Shown here: piece by piece, positions 24,541 to 26,011 of the stretch
How positions within the stretch are numbered: position 1 is the first letter of the stretch
Layout of the letters: each line of letters begins with the position of its first letter
Translations under genes and position numbers: made by a program
Source of the DNA: a virus
Taxonomy: Duplodnaviria; Caudoviricetes
Virus record (IMG/VR): IMGVR_UViG_3300032257_000087
Coordinates: 1 to 26,011 of that record
DNA length: 26,011 bases
Reading direction: 5' to 3' (one strand)
The notes under the pieces: generated by a model
Seen by the model: the letters and a program-made list of their open reading frames with translations, nothing else
Told to the model about the DNA's origin: nothing
Databases searched by the model: none

Positions 24541-25007
24541 GCGACGGATTCAAAGCACGGTTCTACGATGGCCGAGGGAACCTGGTCGAGGAATCGGACA
24601 CGCGCGAGTTCTTGGTGGTGCGAGACGAGATGATTGAGGAGGTGAAGGCCACGCTCTTTGAGGCTCTCCAGGACACGGACTGGCGATGGGGGAGGTACGC
24701 AGAGCGGAAGGAGCGCGGGATCCCCCAGAACCCTCTGGATGCGGCCCTATTCGATGCGCGTGAGCAGGCCCGAGTCCTGTCGGACGCGTTCGAGGCCAGC
24801 CTGAATCTGGCGAGGAACCTGAGCGCACTGGACCAGGCCTGGGAGGTTGGGTACCCGGGCTTCCAGGCCAGGCTCGACGCGGTCTTCTCGGAGACGGGGA
24901 AGCTCGGTGGGGGCCCTCGTGGAGGTCCAGGCGGAGGGGGTTCAAAGCCAGGAACTGTCGGCCCGCCCATCGGGCCCGTGGGGCTAGGTGGTATACCGGG
25001 TCCATGA
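24537..25007 (+). CDS. Putative tail fibre assembly chaperone with a Gly/Pro-rich tail
   Basis: Start moved to ATG 24537 (ATGA overlap). Helical LQDTDWRWGRYAERKERGIP...AREQAR resembles fibre chaperones that follow fibre genes. Confidence 0.5.
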   Translation: MSDGFKARFYDGRGNLVEESDTREFLVVRDEMIEEVKATLFEALQDTDWRWGRYAERKERGIPQNPLDAALFDAREQARVLSDAFEASLNLARNLSALDQAWEVGYPGFQARLDAVFSETGKLGGGPRGGPGGGGSKPGTVGPPIGPVGLGGIPGP

Positions 25008-25465
25008 GAAATTTACTGCGAACGATGGCCCTCGCCCTGATCCTGCCCCTGGGCGGCTGCCTTGGGTCGGGTGCAGGCGCTCACGAGTACCTCCCACTCC
25101 TAGACGCGGTTGCGGTCGCAGACATGGGGGACGCAGACAACCCGGCCGGCGTTGCGTTCTTCGACTGGTCGCGCGGTAAGTGCATCATCGTGGTGGGCGG
25201 GAAGGTTCGCCTTGGCGCGTACACGGGAGGAACGGATAGCCCCGTGGTGGTCAACGGCGTGGTCTTGGCGAAGAGCTATAGCGCGGCGACCGTGGTGCTC
25301 TTGGACCTGGCAGAAGGCGGACTCGGGCGCACTGAAATTGAGATCGACGCCTCCATTCCGCTCGAGTGGGTTCCGTACGTGAACCGCATCCCCCCCGCCA
25401 TCCTCGCAGGACTGCACCAGAAGGGGATCCTCACCTTCCCTACTGAACCGGGCGCGGAGCAATGA
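25004..25465 (+). CDS. Predicted lipoprotein of unknown function
   Basis: MRNLLRTMALALILPLGG-C19: basic n-region, hydrophobic h-region, LGGC lipobox. ATGA-coupled on both sides. Confidence 0.65.
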   Translation: MRNLLRTMALALILPLGGCLGSGAGAHEYLPLLDAVAVADMGDADNPAGVAFFDWSRGKCIIVVGGKVRLGAYTGGTDSPVVVNGVVLAKSYSAATVVLLDLAEGGLGRTEIEIDASIPLEWVPYVNRIPPAILAGLHQKGILTFPTEPGAEQ

Positions 25466-25998
25466 GCCAAGAGTTCTACGACGCAGAGGGCGGCGACGGA
25501 GACAAGAGCATCGCGGAGAACTTCCGCCTAATCTCTTCCGCGCTCGTCTCTCTTCGCCAGATGCACGCCGGCACGGTCGAGCCCACGACCACGTCTGCCT
25601 ACATGCTCTGGGGCGACACGACCCTGGGCGTGATCAAGATACGGAACGCAGCGGACACGGCGTGGATCGTCGTTGCCCCGCTGCTCGGGTCCTGGTCCAC
25701 GCCGCCGAAGAAAAGCATCTCCTTCGCCGACAGCCCATACACGATCAGCGATGGGGAGGGCTACTTCCTTGAGATCGACTGCACGGGGGGCGCGGTGACG
25801 ATCAACCTTCCGGACTGCGCAACGAACGGAGAGCTGCACATGGGGTTCTACAAGAGCGACGCTTCGGGGAATGGGGTGACGATCAACCGCGCCGGCTCAG
25901 ACACCATCGAGGGTGCGACGACCCTTATGCTGGCCGGTCAGTACAACGATGCACGACTACGCTCCTTCGCGGGCACAGACTGGCTTCGAGTCGATTGA
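25462..25998 (+). CDS. Small tail fibre-type structural protein
   Basis: HAGTVEP....YMLWGDT....KIRNAADTAW and DCTGGAVTINLP...KSDASGNGVTI...GSDTIEG are modules common in phage fibre proteins. Confidence 0.65.
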   Translation: MSQEFYDAEGGDGDKSIAENFRLISSALVSLRQMHAGTVEPTTTSAYMLWGDTTLGVIKIRNAADTAWIVVAPLLGSWSTPPKKSISFADSPYTISDGEGYFLEIDCTGGAVTINLPDCATNGELHMGFYKSDASGNGVTINRAGSDTIEGATTLMLAGQYNDARLRSFAGTDWLRVD

Positions 25999-26011
25999 CG
26001 GCGCTGCAAAA

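Noticed and set aside
180-25839. The many other minus-strand and alternate-frame ORFs (e.g. 3044-4297, 13229-14413, 22418-23719, 10775-11824)
   Set aside because: They overlap well-supported plus-strand phage genes and have Arg/Pro/Ser/Gly-rich or mirror compositions typical of GC-rich shadow frames.
1-26011. Gene transfer agent, tailocin or contractile injection system
   Set aside because: A full head module with a 925-aa tape measure and lambda-like tip is present, with no sheath or baseplate wedge genes. The module is larger than and organised differently from RcGTA-type clusters.
1-26011. Stop-codon reassignment (alternative genetic code)
   Set aside because: All expected genes are intact under the standard code, and TAA, TAG and TGA all end genes at sensible boundaries.

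Overview
The window is one contiguous, plus-strand, tightly coupled (mostly ATGA/GTGA/TTGA/TAATG overlaps) virion morphogenesis operon of a high-GC tailed phage or prophage with an HK97-type head and a long non-contractile, lambda-like tail. Gene order: 3' end of terminase large subunit; portal fused to a Mu gpF-like head protein; prohead protease with a long acidic extension; major capsid protein; probable cement protein; structured intergenic region; head-tail adaptor; neck/tail-completion genes; tail tube; frameshifted tail assembly chaperones; tape measure; large modular distal-tail protein; gpL-like, NlpC/P60-like and gpI+gpJ-like tip proteins; fibre-type proteins and a lipoprotein. No integrase, lysis, replication, RNA gene, CRISPR or mobile element is visible, so host and lifestyle cannot be determined. 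All calls come from motif recognition by eye and synteny, not database searches. I found no clearly new non-phage system. The most unusual points are a second gpM/Dit-like gene in the neck where no head-closure gene is recognisable, many inserted putative glycan-binding domains along the tail, a zinc-finger-like frameshifted chaperone and a motif repeated after both major structural genes.
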